Positions 1-9,501 of a stretch of DNA of 55,420 nucleotides are shown piece after piece. The notes beneath the pieces are model-generated. The model was not told where the DNA came from, did not search any database, and saw nothing but the letters and a program-made list of their open reading frames with translations. The translations under genes and the position numbers were made by a program. The stretch lies in sequence record SRR22947727_316, one strand, 5' to 3'. Numbering within the stretch: position 1 is the stretch's first letter; every line of letters starts with the position of its first letter.

Positions 1-864
1 TGCTTCAAAAGAACCTTCAGTTGTTCTTGCGAACGCTGAAGTTGTTGCAGATTGAAGTACAGTTAAAGCCTGTGGTGATACCACAGCCCAGTTTCCTGCG
101 CCTCTTCTTGTTCTTTGTGCAATTTTATTTGCTGTTCTGTTGATTAGCACAGCCAATGCCGCATGTTCATCGCCTACAAAAGTTGCAGTTCCTGATACAG
201 CCGCTTGGTTGAATGCTTCTTCATCAGCCGCTAAAGCTCTTAATGAGTTGATGACTTCTTGGTCGATTTCAGCAGTAATTTCTTGTGCTAATGCCGCCAT
301 GATTTCAGCCTCTACATCAATACCTTGTTGAGCTTGTGCGTCTTGAGCAGATTCAAATGTCCATCTTGCTTGTAACTTTCTGCTTTTTGCTTCAACAGTT
401 TGTTTCAAGATTTGGATTGACATTGCTCTACCACCAGTACCTTCTTTAGTGGCTGTTGCGTCTGCATTACCATTTGGATCTGCTACATCGTTACCTGAAT
501 AACCTTGTGCAATTGCAAATGGTGATAATGCTTCAGCCCCTGCCGCTAGTCCGCCGCCTGATGTTGCCGCTTCTGCATATCTTACTCTTAGTGTGTGGAT
601 TTGTCCAACTGGGCCAGTCATTGGTTGTACTCCAACCAATTCGTTAGCAATTACAGTAGGCATAACCCTTCTGATCACGGGTAGGATCACTCTGTTTAGA
701 GTAGCAACGTTACCGGCAGATGTAGCACCTGCAGTAGCCGACTCTGAAAGATACTGTTTAGTATTTTCCAAAGTTGTAGCCATAACTGCTTTTTTATTTC
801 CAGTTAGGCCTTCTAGTAACGCACTCTTTGTATCCTGCCAGCGAGTTTCTGTTAGTTCTGACAT
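1..864 (-). CDS. gp23: Major capsid protein, T4 gp23-like (3' end runs off the window)
   Basis: Not in the ORF track. Translated by hand from ATG at 864 (SD AAAGGAG): MSELTETRWQDTKSALLEGL...LNRVILPVIRRVMPTVIANELVGVQPMTGPVGQIHTLRVRY...RKLQARWTFESAQDAQAQQGIDVEAEIMAALAQEITAEIDQE. These are hallmark gp23 motifs. Confidence 0.95.
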   Translation of the reverse strand, partial: MSELTETRWQDTKSALLEGLTGNKKAVMATTLENTKQYLSESATAGATSAGNVATLNRVILPVIRRVMPTVIANELVGVQPMTGPVGQIHTLRVRYAEAATSGGGLAAGAEALSPFAIAQGYSGNDVADPNGNADATATKEGTGGRAMSIQILKQTVEAKSRKLQARWTFESAQDAQAQQGIDVEAEIMAALAQEITAEIDQEVINSLRALAADEEAFNQAAVSGTATFVGDEHAALAVLINRTANKIAQRTRRGAGNWAVVSPQALTVLQSATTSAFARTTEGSFEA

Positions 865-886
865 TGTGTTTTTCTCCTTTGTTTTT

Positions 887-1975
887 TTATATACCAGCAA
901 GTCTTCTAATATCAACGATGTTGCTATTGAATTGACTGCTGTTTACAATGTTAATTTGTTTATCGCCTGTTACTTCTGTGCCTTCATTTATAGCCTGTTT
1001 TTTCGCTGGAGTCCTACCGTTTAGAACAGATGGTATGTACTTTTCGAATTGCTTTCGTAAAGCACCCGTCTGCACACTCTCCAGTAGATTGTTCATTATT
1101 TCTTTTTGTTCTGTGTTCAATGGGTGTGTTAACTCATTGATTACGTTACTTCTCTCTGCCGCTTCTTTAATTGTAGCAATTTCTAATTCTTTTGCTTCAA
1201 TTACTTTTTGCTTCTCATTGACAGTCTTCATCGCTTCTTCTGCCTGTAGTTTCGAAATGTCCACTACCTTCATAAGTTTTGCTGTTTCACCTTTTTCATT
1301 CAAGAACGATTGTGAATATTCTTGTTGATAAGATTCAAACAGTCTGCGACCAAAGTCGTTTTTGCGAGCCGCTTCAATGTCTTCTTTTAATGAACTGATC
1401 TCTGACTTAAGAGTTTTGCTCACTATTTCTGACACTTTACTAGCACCTTTTTTCACAAAGTTACTTCTAACTTTTTCAAAATGTGCTTTTGCTTCTCTGA
1501 TAAGACGTACTTTTGTTTCAGCAACGTCTTGTTTGTCTTTTTGAAATTCTGCAATTTCTTTAGACAGAGCTTCTACCACAAATTCCTCAAGTTTGACAAA
1601 ATTTTCTGCCATAACTTTTTGGTCTGCGTATAGTTCAGCAACTTCGCCTTTAAGTTTTTCAAAAACAAACGATTTTAACTTTTCTGCGTGTTCACCGATT
1701 TGAGTAGCATACTTAACTCTCTCTTCAGCAAGTGCTTTCTTGTCGTCTGCGAACTCTGCCATTTCTGCTTCGAGTCTTTCAGATACCATTTTATCAACAG
1801 CCTCTGTTAAATTTGCTTTGTCGTGTTCATACTTCTCTGCAAATTCTTTACGAAGATCAGCAGTGGCAGAAAGTTTGTTTTCTTCAACTTTCTGGTTCCA
1901 TGCGGATTCTATTTCTGCTCTGATCTCTTCGGAAATACCGTTATTTTCAAAAAGTGATTTCAGTGCTTCTAACAT
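887..1975 (-). CDS. gp22: Prohead core scaffold protein, gp22-like
   Basis: Long E/K-rich coiled coil between the protease and capsid genes. Start moved from 2008 to ATG 1975 (MLEALKSLFE), which has an AGGAG SD. Confidence 0.8.
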   Translation of the reverse strand: MLEALKSLFENNGISEEIRAEIESAWNQKVEENKLSATADLRKEFAEKYEHDKANLTEAVDKMVSERLEAEMAEFADDKKALAEERVKYATQIGEHAEKLKSFVFEKLKGEVAELYADQKVMAENFVKLEEFVVEALSKEIAEFQKDKQDVAETKVRLIREAKAHFEKVRSNFVKKGASKVSEIVSKTLKSEISSLKEDIEAARKNDFGRRLFESYQQEYSQSFLNEKGETAKLMKVVDISKLQAEEAMKTVNEKQKVIEAKELEIATIKEAAERSNVINELTHPLNTEQKEIMNNLLESVQTGALRKQFEKYIPSVLNGRTPAKKQAINEGTEVTGDKQINIVNSSQFNSNIVDIRRLAGI

Positions 1976-1985
1976 TCTTTTTCTC

Positions 1986-2609
1986 CTATTTAGATTGGAG
2001 TTTTCCAATTATGTTTATTAGTTGTTCTTTTAGATATTTTTGTGCCTTTGTGTCCCTTGCTGAGTTAAATGCTTTTAAACCACCCTTTGTGTTCATTAGA
2101 TGCTCGTATATTGGCTCAGGATATGCTCCCGGTGCCGATGGTTGTGCAACGATATCTACTGTGATGATTTCAAAATCTGATACATGTCCGGATCCGTCTT
2201 CTTTAACGTTACCAGAACCCCTACTAGACACACCAAGTTTAACTCCGCTTTCCAGCATTGTTTTAACTAGTTGTCCCATAGGAGTCGGTAACACTTTTAA
2301 TTTTCCGTATCCGTTTGGTCCGTCCATCCACATTTCATTTACCATGTGGCTGACACGGTCAAGGTTAATATTAAGTCCTTCAGGATGATCCACTTCGCCC
2401 AACACCGAGTATCCACCAGTGACTTGATCGTTAAGTGTGCTGACAGCCCTCTGGATTTCGTTAACAGGATACACTCTCTGGTTGGCGTTTTTAACACCTC
2501 CCTGAATGCAGATTCCCTTCATGTAAAGGGATTTACCGTTGTGTTCGTCCTTAGTCTCAACGACTATTCCCGCCTGGTCAAAAGTCAGCGTCTCACGTAA
2601 TGATAACAT
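1986..2609 (-). CDS. gp21: Prohead protease, gp21-like
   Basis: Motifs KNANQRVYP, LGEVDHP, INLDRVSH, LPTPMGQLV, GVSSRGSG and DIVAQPSAPGAY. Confidence 0.93.
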   Translation of the reverse strand: MLSLRETLTFDQAGIVVETKDEHNGKSLYMKGICIQGGVKNANQRVYPVNEIQRAVSTLNDQVTGGYSVLGEVDHPEGLNINLDRVSHMVNEMWMDGPNGYGKLKVLPTPMGQLVKTMLESGVKLGVSSRGSGNVKEDGSGHVSDFEIITVDIVAQPSAPGAYPEPIYEHLMNTKGGLKAFNSARDTKAQKYLKEQLINIIGKLQSK

Positions 2610-2631
2610 CCGTTTTCCTTATACTACCTTA

Positions 2632-3612
2632 TTAACTGCCAATTGTTGACTTTGCAGAAGAATCATCTTCTGTGCTAGTCTTGGCCTTTGGTGCCGCAAC
2701 AGGTTTCGCTTTAGCGCCTGGTACATTAATGTTACCTGCGTTGTCTTCTTTTGGAGCAGGTGCTTTACCACCTTTTTCCTCACCGCCTTTAGCGATGTTA
2801 GAAGCCGTTCCGCCCATATCATTTTTGCCAGCAACTGGTGATTTAGAGTTATCTGAACCATCTGTATGCGTTACGCCTACTTTGTTCACATATTCTCTAA
2901 TTTCTTCACTTGCTGTTTTTGGCACTGCTGTTTCTACTGCTGGTTGTTCACCAAGTTCAGGAGCAACTGCGATTGCAGTTTCACCTTCTGCTGATTGATC
3001 TACAAAGGCTTCGTCTTCTTTTTCTTCGCCGTTGTCTTCTGCGTCGTCGCCTTCTGCGTCGTCGCTTTTGTCCTCATCGCCCATCATTTTTTCAAATTCG
3101 GCTTTAAGGTCATCAATAGCATCTTCTAGGTCAACTACTCTGTCTTCGATTTCTTCTTCACCTTTTTCAGAGTCGTCGCCGTTATCCATATCACCTGCTG
3201 GTGCTTCGATGTCAGCAACCATATCGTCTGTTGCGTCTCCACCGTGTGCTTCTACTGGTGCAATTTCTGTGTTTTCGATGTCTAATAAAGATTCGTCTGT
3301 TGTTTCGTCATCTTTTGATGCTTCTTCAACTGCTTCGTCTTCTTTAGACTCATCTTTTGATGCTTCATCAACTGCATCATCTTCTTTAGACTCATCTTTT
3401 GATGCTTCGTCAACTGCGTCGTCATCTTTTTTAGATTCGTCTTCTTTTGAAGTTTCTTCTACTTCGATATCTTTGATATCATTTTCTAAAAGACCTTCAT
3501 AGATTGATCTTGATTTTTCCACAACGATATCATGGAAAATTTCTTCTGCCGCTGTTCTATCGTCAGCGACTAATTTTTCAAGCATTTGCTCGAATTTGCT
3601 TTTATCTGACAT
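2632..3612 (-). CDS. Highly acidic prohead core/internal protein (position of T4 gp67/gp68)
   Basis: D/E-rich 326-aa ORF with AGGAG SD directly upstream of gp21; contains an internal tandem repeat. Function inferred from position and composition. Confidence 0.6.
   Translation of the reverse strand: MSDKSKFEQMLEKLVADDRTAAEEIFHDIVVEKSRSIYEGLLENDIKDIEVEETSKEDESKKDDDAVDEASKDESKEDDAVDEASKDESKEDEAVEEASKDDETTDESLLDIENTEIAPVEAHGGDATDDMVADIEAPAGDMDNGDDSEKGEEEIEDRVVDLEDAIDDLKAEFEKMMGDEDKSDDAEGDDAEDNGEEKEDEAFVDQSAEGETAIAVAPELGEQPAVETAVPKTASEEIREYVNKVGVTHTDGSDNSKSPVAGKNDMGGTASNIAKGGEEKGGKAPAPKEDNAGNINVPGAKAKPVAAPKAKTSTEDDSSAKSTIGS
3308..3460. repeat. 42-bp in-frame tandem repeat (~3.5 copies) encoding DEASKDESKEDDAV
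   Basis: TCATCTTTTGATGCTTC recurs at 3308, 3350 and 3392 (period 42), followed by a degenerate fourth copy. Confidence 0.9.
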
Positions 3613-3676
3613 TGTTTTCTCCTATTAACTGTTAATGGTAACCATAAACATTGTCTATGGTAAGACTGTCATGTAT

Positions 3677-3684
3677 TATTTAAC
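3677..3684 (-). promoter_or_regulatory. Putative late promoter (GTTAAATA) for the core/protease/scaffold/capsid operon
   Basis: Variant of the T4 late box TATAAATA in the intergenic region upstream of ATG 3612. Confidence 0.55.
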
Positions 3685-3741
3685 AAATAGGTATAAAAAC
3701 GGGTAGATAATGGTCCGATATGGACTCGTTTGACGCAGATT

Positions 3742-4329
3742 CTACAAATGAAAGCGTCTTTTAAATTCTTGCACTGTGATTTCACTATAATTTGTGAACT
3801 TCTTAAGGTCTTTGGCCTCAAACACACTAGTGCCTTCTGGTACTACTCGTATATATCTCTTTAGTGGATTTTTCTGTAGGATAATGCTGGTTTGTCTGTT
3901 CCAATTGCCGTGGTATGTGGCAGTGTCTGAATTCTTTTTGTAGTTGGGGGTGTCACCAAATATGTTGTTCAACTTGCCTTCACTGGTGCCTGTGAAGTCA
4001 AAACCCAATAAAAATATCAATGGATGCATGTTTTTAGATGCCAACCACAGTGCTGTGGGTCCAGATGACCATCCTAGACTGGGTTCAAAAAAGTTTAACC
4101 CTGGATACTTTTTATATGCTCTGTTTGGATTGGTCCACACAGGAATTTTCAACTGAGCACCTGCTGTGCAGATTTCATTGATCATTTTGGCATCCACTGC
4201 CACTAGATAGTTGGGAGTGTATGTTCTATAAACAGCATTGCAGGCATATACTTTGCCAAATTGTTGTAAGGGGTCTAAAGGAATTGGTTTACGACTGAGA
4301 CCATTGCCTAATACAAAAGCAATAGACAT
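3742..4329 (-). CDS. Maf/MptE(DUF115)/sialyltransferase-like Rossmann-fold transferase
   Basis: Motifs AFVLGNGLS, YACNAVYR, PNYLVAVD, SSGPTALWLA and IFLLGFD match the pattern of this superfamily. Confidence 0.55.
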   Translation of the reverse strand: MSIAFVLGNGLSRKPIPLDPLQQFGKVYACNAVYRTYTPNYLVAVDAKMINEICTAGAQLKIPVWTNPNRAYKKYPGLNFFEPSLGWSSGPTALWLASKNMHPLIFLLGFDFTGTSEGKLNNIFGDTPNYKKNSDTATYHGNWNRQTSIILQKNPLKRYIRVVPEGTSVFEAKDLKKFTNYSEITVQEFKRRFHL

Positions 4330-4332
4330 TTA

Positions 4333-4566
4333 TTACATTTCCGGTTGGTTGGCGTACATCTGCCTCACAAATTCCAACTCTTTTTCTTGTTCTTCTTTGT
4401 GGAATTCTCCGGCTTTTCTTGCTTTGTTGATCTGTTTCAACGAAAGTCTAGTTTTACGTGTGTCACCCAATGACATCACAGACTGGTCTTCTGAAGCATC
4501 ATACTGTTTCTGCTCACCGGGCTCTGTTGTGATTTGATCGTAATAAAAAAGTTCACGTAATATCAT
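4333..4566 (-). CDS. Small hypothetical head-module protein
   Basis: 77-aa ORF tightly packed after the portal gene and preceded by a perfect TATAAATA. Confidence 0.7.
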   Translation of the reverse strand: MILRELFYYDQITTEPGEQKQYDASEDQSVMSLGDTRKTRLSLKQINKARKAGEFHKEEQEKELEFVRQMYANQPEM

Positions 4567-4571
4567 AAAAT

Positions 4572-4579
4572 TATTTATA
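4572..4579 (-). promoter_or_regulatory. T4-type late promoter TATAAATA
   Basis: Exact consensus 5 nt upstream of ATG 4566; a gp55-like sigma factor is encoded in the window. Confidence 0.75.
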
Positions 4580-4580
4580 C

Positions 4581-6299
4581 CTATGTGTTGGAAGTTGGTG
4601 TTCCGCCACCTGGTGTTCCTGCTGGCGATGGTGCTTCTTCTTCTCCTGGAGCAGTTGGATCTTCTGTCGGCTCTGCCGCATCTAAATCTGCTTGTATACC
4701 TGCTGTGCTGACTCCTGCACTTCTTAATTCAGTTGCTGAAGTGGTTGGTTTACCCGACATGGTTTCATCATTTTCTTCTCTCCACATTCTTTCGTTTTCT
4801 GCCATCTCTTCTGGAGATAATCCTAAGAATCTTGACAGAGCATAACGTTTGCTTACAAACGGCACTGTTGCTATTTGTGAGTATGTGGAAATTCTGTTGT
4901 TGTCTACTTCTGCTTGTCTGTAAGAAGCAAAGTTCATTGGCGGCTGAAACTTGATATCAAACATTGCTATATCAATATTCACACCTTTTTCTAATAGATA
5001 CCGTTTAAACTCTTGATTGAATTCGTCTGATACTAAATTTTGTAGTCTTTCACAGTATTTGTTAAATCTTAATTCTTGAATGTATGCTGTTCCCACTCTA
5101 CCATCGTTGAAACTGCTTTGAGAATCATCTGCACCTGTTGGCAAATATGAACTGGGAATTCTTAAACCTCTTAACAATTTGTTTGTGAAGTACTTCAAGT
5201 CATCAATTTCTCCTAGGTTTGTACCACCCGGTAATGTTTCTACTTTAGATCCTCTTCCTTCTGCTGTTTGCGGAAAGAAATAATCTTCATTAATTGATAA
5301 TGGATTGTATGCAGAGTCCACAACATTTGCTCCACCACCTGTGGATGAAGGAATACGTCTTTGATGGATTTCAGTCTTAACTCGTTCCACAAATTGCATT
5401 GCCAAGTGACTTGGCATATTACCTACATCAATGTAAAACACCCTTCTTTCAGGTGCTCTTTGTACTCTGTAGATTATGATTGCGTCTTCTAATAATTCTT
5501 TTTGTTTGTAAACTTTAAAAATACTCTCCAACAGTGAATTACCAAATGGATAGTTGTTGTCCAGTCCTTCTGATAAACTTAAATGCACAACGTGTTCTGC
5601 ATCAACAGAAATTTCTCTTTGTCCTGTGCCAAATCTTGTTCCTGGAGAGTCTTGATTCACACTTCCACCAGTTGCTCCTCTTACTCCGCCAGTCAAATAT
5701 CCTGAGCCGCCACCTGTTACATTGCCTGTTGTCTGATGAGGCGTTGTTGCCACAAGATTTTTAAAATTAAAGTTAATATCTTTTATAACATATTGCTCAG
5801 GAATTTTACCTGTGCTTTCGTTTACAATTATTTTAGTTACTTTTGATGGATCAACGTGAAACATTTTCTTTGTTTCTGGATCTCTAATAAAAAATGCATC
5901 ACCATACTTGAACACATTACGCATGATCTTAAACACACGTTTAGAAAAATCGTTCATTTTGCACCATTGGTGCAGATATTGTTCTATGATTTGTATTTCT
6001 GTGTTGGTTGCTTTCTGATTGTATTCAAATTTAAAAGGTGTGTTGTTTTGTGTGTTGTTTTGTGTGCAAAATTCTGCTAGGATATCCAATGCGGCATTCA
6101 CTTCTGAATCCATATCCATCACATTGTATTGCCCGTAACGTTCAACTCTGTTAGGTGCACCGCTGTAAACATCTGGAAGAAATGATGAGTAATTTGTTTT
6201 GGCTGGTCCAGCCGTTCCGCCTTTTCCACCCAATGGTGAATTCATTCCGCTTGTACCATCACCAAGTGGCACTTCTGTAAAATATTTTTTCCAACTCAT
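4581..6299 (-). CDS. gp20: Portal vertex protein, gp20-like
   Basis: Motifs LLEDAIIIYRVQRAPERRVFYIDVGNMP, EDYFFP, GRGSKVETLPGG, LRIPSSYL and ELRFNKYCERLQ. Confidence 0.96.
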   Translation of the reverse strand: MSWKKYFTEVPLGDGTSGMNSPLGGKGGTAGPAKTNYSSFLPDVYSGAPNRVERYGQYNVMDMDSEVNAALDILAEFCTQNNTQNNTPFKFEYNQKATNTEIQIIEQYLHQWCKMNDFSKRVFKIMRNVFKYGDAFFIRDPETKKMFHVDPSKVTKIIVNESTGKIPEQYVIKDINFNFKNLVATTPHQTTGNVTGGGSGYLTGGVRGATGGSVNQDSPGTRFGTGQREISVDAEHVVHLSLSEGLDNNYPFGNSLLESIFKVYKQKELLEDAIIIYRVQRAPERRVFYIDVGNMPSHLAMQFVERVKTEIHQRRIPSSTGGGANVVDSAYNPLSINEDYFFPQTAEGRGSKVETLPGGTNLGEIDDLKYFTNKLLRGLRIPSSYLPTGADDSQSSFNDGRVGTAYIQELRFNKYCERLQNLVSDEFNQEFKRYLLEKGVNIDIAMFDIKFQPPMNFASYRQAEVDNNRISTYSQIATVPFVSKRYALSRFLGLSPEEMAENERMWREENDETMSGKPTTSATELRSAGVSTAGIQADLDAAEPTEDPTAPGEEEAPSPAGTPGGGTPTSNT

Positions 6300-8476
6300 T
6301 ATACTGTATCCGCTACTTCTGTTGTTGCTTGAGATGTTATTCTGCTGTAACGATTATTATCGCCCATTGCCATCAAAATTTGTTGCATTGTGTTATTTAA
6401 CTGATCCAATTTATCTCCTGTTGTAGATGCGGATGCTGTTGTTGTTCCCATCATTCCACTTCTTAAACTTGTCATTGCCGTTCCTAAATTTTCTATACTA
6501 GTAGCATACATGTCTATTTTGCTTTTGTCAAGCTCATTCAGTGTGTTATTCAAGTTTTTGGCGAAATTTTCTGTACCGCCACCAAATATTTTACCAACGA
6601 ATCCCGACACACCACCTTTGAGTGCTCCTGCACCCATTTGTGCCATTGCCAACGACAGTTTGCCTGTAGCAGAAGCAATGTCTTTTAATTTTTCACCGTC
6701 AACATTTTGAAAACTGTTTAATCCTTCCGCAAGCGATGATAAACCTTTACCAGCCGCCAATGCTCCAATACCAACTCCTGCTCCCAAGATGGCAACTACA
6801 CCTGCTATGACTCCTGCACCCATCAATATTTTTGGACCCATCGCCGCAAAAGCACTGATACCTTTTGCCGCACCTGACAACATAGAGCCTCCACCTGCAC
6901 CTGCACTTTTCAACATATCCGCTCCTGGCAATTTGCCACCACCAGGTAGATAACTCAATGCTTTTTTACCTACACCGACAGCACCTTTTGCCGCCATACC
7001 ACCTACACCTATACCTCCTATTAATACGGCTAATCCTGCAACAGCACCTGCTAGATCTCCGAATTTTTTTCTAATAAAATCAATACCACCTGCCAATGCT
7101 TCTATACCGGTCGACAACATGCCAATACCGCGACTCAATAAATCTGTTATTGGTGCCAACAATGCTTGAAAGGCAGTTCTTAATCTCTGTGTGGATCTGT
7201 CAAATTGTAGAGCACTTTTTGTTCCAACTTCTTGTGCCTTGGTTTGTTCTGCTGAAGCCTGCTTCATATCTCCAAGAGCATTTTTAAATCCCAGTGTTTC
7301 AAATTGAATGTCATAGAAGTCTACGCCAAATTGTTTTAATAGTGCTTGATTACGTCGTTCTGCATCAGACATGTTTTCAGTTTCTCTTGCCGCTGTTTGG
7401 AAAGCAGACATCAATTGTTGAGCTGATCCTGTTTCACCTCTTGCTAAACCGTGAATGGCTTCTCTCATGCCGTTGATTTCCAAAATTCCTGCCTCTCTGG
7501 CATTCGTTGCTATACCGTCTGTTGCAATTAAATTTCTAATACTGTCTTCCATTTGTTTGGAAACGTTTCCAGTCATAGACAACGCAGAATTTATTTCCGT
7601 TTGTTGTTTTAACGACATACCGGACATTTGTAAACTTAATCTGCTATCTTTGGCACGGTCTTGCATTTCTTGTTGCAGTGCTTGTCTATTTTTTCCTGTC
7701 AGTCTTGATAATAAATCTAAATTGTTTAGGTACTCTGCTGTTTCTGTCGACAGTTGTGTAGAATCCATTCGTTGCGTTCTACCCAGTTGTGTTTGAAGTT
7801 CCAAATATTCTGCTGTGCTCTGTGCTATTTCATTCATGGTGAAACCCAAAGCAGAAAACTTTTCAAATGTTTCGCCTTGTGATAAATCTTTCAATGCGGC
7901 TGTGAAACGTGTTACCCCTTGTCCGGTTGTGCCTCCTAGCAATGCTAGGTTACCGCCTGCTTGTACCACAGCGTCTGTCAACTGACTCATTGACAATCCT
8001 GTTTCACCTGCTATCTTTCTTAAATTACTAATAGACTGACCTGCTGTTCCGCCTATCTGTGAAATCTGTCTATAGAAGTCAACGTTCTCACTCAATCTCT
8101 CAACAAGATATCCCAGTGTTTCTCCTAGTACACCTCCTATCATGCCAAACTGTTCGCCAACCATTTTGACTGAGGATCCTAGTGAAGAAAGATTGCCGGT
8201 CACAATGCCTGTACCAATACTGAGAGTGTTGTTCACTTTCTGCATTTTGGTTAAACCTTTTGATGTATCTTCCAAATCCTCACCAAGGTCTTCTAGGTAG
8301 GTGCCCACAGATTTCATTTCTTTGGCAGTTTTGCCTGTGGCTTTTGCCACTGCCGCCATGCCAGTGTCTCCGCCCAGTGCTTTTACCAATGCTTTAAGTG
8401 TGGTTTCTGTGGCAACGCCACTCTTGCCGATGCCTTCTCCTAGTGCTTTCAGTTGTTCTAGTGTAAAATCTGCCAT
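6299..8476 (-). CDS. Probable tail tape-measure protein
   Basis: 725-aa A/G/L/Q-rich helical protein with glycine-rich hydrophobic segments; adjacent to the gp26-like gene; stop overlaps the portal ATG. Confidence 0.65.
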   Translation of the reverse strand: MADFTLEQLKALGEGIGKSGVATETTLKALVKALGGDTGMAAVAKATGKTAKEMKSVGTYLEDLGEDLEDTSKGLTKMQKVNNTLSIGTGIVTGNLSSLGSSVKMVGEQFGMIGGVLGETLGYLVERLSENVDFYRQISQIGGTAGQSISNLRKIAGETGLSMSQLTDAVVQAGGNLALLGGTTGQGVTRFTAALKDLSQGETFEKFSALGFTMNEIAQSTAEYLELQTQLGRTQRMDSTQLSTETAEYLNNLDLLSRLTGKNRQALQQEMQDRAKDSRLSLQMSGMSLKQQTEINSALSMTGNVSKQMEDSIRNLIATDGIATNAREAGILEINGMREAIHGLARGETGSAQQLMSAFQTAARETENMSDAERRNQALLKQFGVDFYDIQFETLGFKNALGDMKQASAEQTKAQEVGTKSALQFDRSTQRLRTAFQALLAPITDLLSRGIGMLSTGIEALAGGIDFIRKKFGDLAGAVAGLAVLIGGIGVGGMAAKGAVGVGKKALSYLPGGGKLPGADMLKSAGAGGGSMLSGAAKGISAFAAMGPKILMGAGVIAGVVAILGAGVGIGALAAGKGLSSLAEGLNSFQNVDGEKLKDIASATGKLSLAMAQMGAGALKGGVSGFVGKIFGGGTENFAKNLNNTLNELDKSKIDMYATSIENLGTAMTSLRSGMMGTTTASASTTGDKLDQLNNTMQQILMAMGDNNRYSRITSQATTEVADTV

Positions 8477-8488
8477 GTTACCAAATTG

Positions 8489-8578
8489 TATTTAGATCCA
8501 ATCATTATGTACGCACTTAACTCTCAATACTAAATATGTGTATATTAAGAAAGTACAAATTAGTTTTTAGTATTTATG
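8489..8578. promoter_or_regulatory. Divergent late-promoter region: TCTAAATA (-,8489-8496), ACTAAATA (+,8529-8536), CATAAATA (-,8571-8578)
   Basis: Three TAAATA boxes in the short spacer where the gene strand switches. Confidence 0.5.
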
Positions 8579-8587
8579 GAGAATAAA

Positions 8588-9454
8588 ATGACAGAATCAC
8601 AACCAGGACAAAATGTTAATCCTTTAAAGAAGTATTACAGACAGCCCAAGCAGTTCATTAGATTGCCTAGCGGTTACAAATACTATCCAGAAGGAGCCAT
8701 TGAAGTTTCTGAATCAGGAGAAATTGCTGTGTATCCAATGACAGCAAAAGATGAATTGATATTCAAAACTCCAGATGCATTGTTGAATGGTGAAGCCACT
8801 GTTACTGTTATTCAAAGTTGTGTGCCTGCAATTAAAAATGCATGGCAGATGCCCAGCATAGATGTTGATGCCACACTGATTGCAATCAGAATGGCCACCT
8901 ACGGCACAAAAATGACTGTGCCAATCACAGTGCCTGGTACAAAAATTCAAAAAGATTTCCAGTTGGATCTTCAAACCACATTGGACAAACTGTTGAATGC
9001 ACAGTATCAACCCACGTCACTAGTGGGCAACATGGAGATCACAACACAGCCTTTGAGCTATGATCAATTTTCTAAAATGGCAATCAAATCATTTGAAGAA
9101 GCACGTGTGCAAGAAATAATCAAAGATCAAGACATGGATGAAGAAGAAAAATTAAGAAGATTCCAAAAGAGTTTGACCAAATTAACTGATCTAAACATCA
9201 GCATGGTGGGGGACACTGTGGCATCAGTCAAAGTGGACGGACAAACAGTTACTGACAGAGACATGATCACAGAATTTATTGAGAATGCTGAAAAAGGATT
9301 TTTCCAAGCAGTGCTGGATCATTTGGAATTACAAAGACAAGCATTCGCATTGCCTACCATCACAGTGGATTCCACTGAAGAAGAGCAAAAAGCAGGAGCA
9401 CCTGAACAGTACACGATACCAGTTCAGTTTGACACAGCAAATTTTTTCGCTTAA
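8588..9454 (+). CDS. gp26: Baseplate hub assembly protein / tail chaperone, gp26-like
   Basis: Motifs NPLKKYYRQP, LPSG, VYPMTAKDE, IDVDATLIAIRMATYG and C-terminal NFFA. Start at ATG 8588 (GGAG SD) is preferred over 8576. Confidence 0.75.
   Translation: MTESQPGQNVNPLKKYYRQPKQFIRLPSGYKYYPEGAIEVSESGEIAVYPMTAKDELIFKTPDALLNGEATVTVIQSCVPAIKNAWQMPSIDVDATLIAIRMATYGTKMTVPITVPGTKIQKDFQLDLQTTLDKLLNAQYQPTSLVGNMEITTQPLSYDQFSKMAIKSFEEARVQEIIKDQDMDEEEKLRRFQKSLTKLTDLNISMVGDTVASVKVDGQTVTDRDMITEFIENAEKGFFQAVLDHLELQRQAFALPTITVDSTEEEQKAGAPEQYTIPVQFDTANFFA
9439..9445 (+). promoter_or_regulatory. Candidate -1 programmed ribosomal frameshift heptamer A AAT TTT
   Basis: X XXY YYZ pattern in the correct phase, three codons before the gp26 stop; the -1 frame is open to 9678. 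Confidence 0.65.
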
Positions 9455-9501
9455 AGATATCAACACTGCCGATTTCTGACATTATCAAGCTCACAACAGA
9501 T

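Noticed and set aside
3308-3460. CRISPR-like repeat
   Set aside because: Contiguous in-frame coding repeat with synonymous variation and no spacers.
140-8495. Numerous plus-strand ORFs opposite the head genes, and minus-strand ORFs opposite the tail genes elsewhere
   Set aside because: Ser/Leu/Phe-rich shadow frames of strongly biased real genes, with no start signals.
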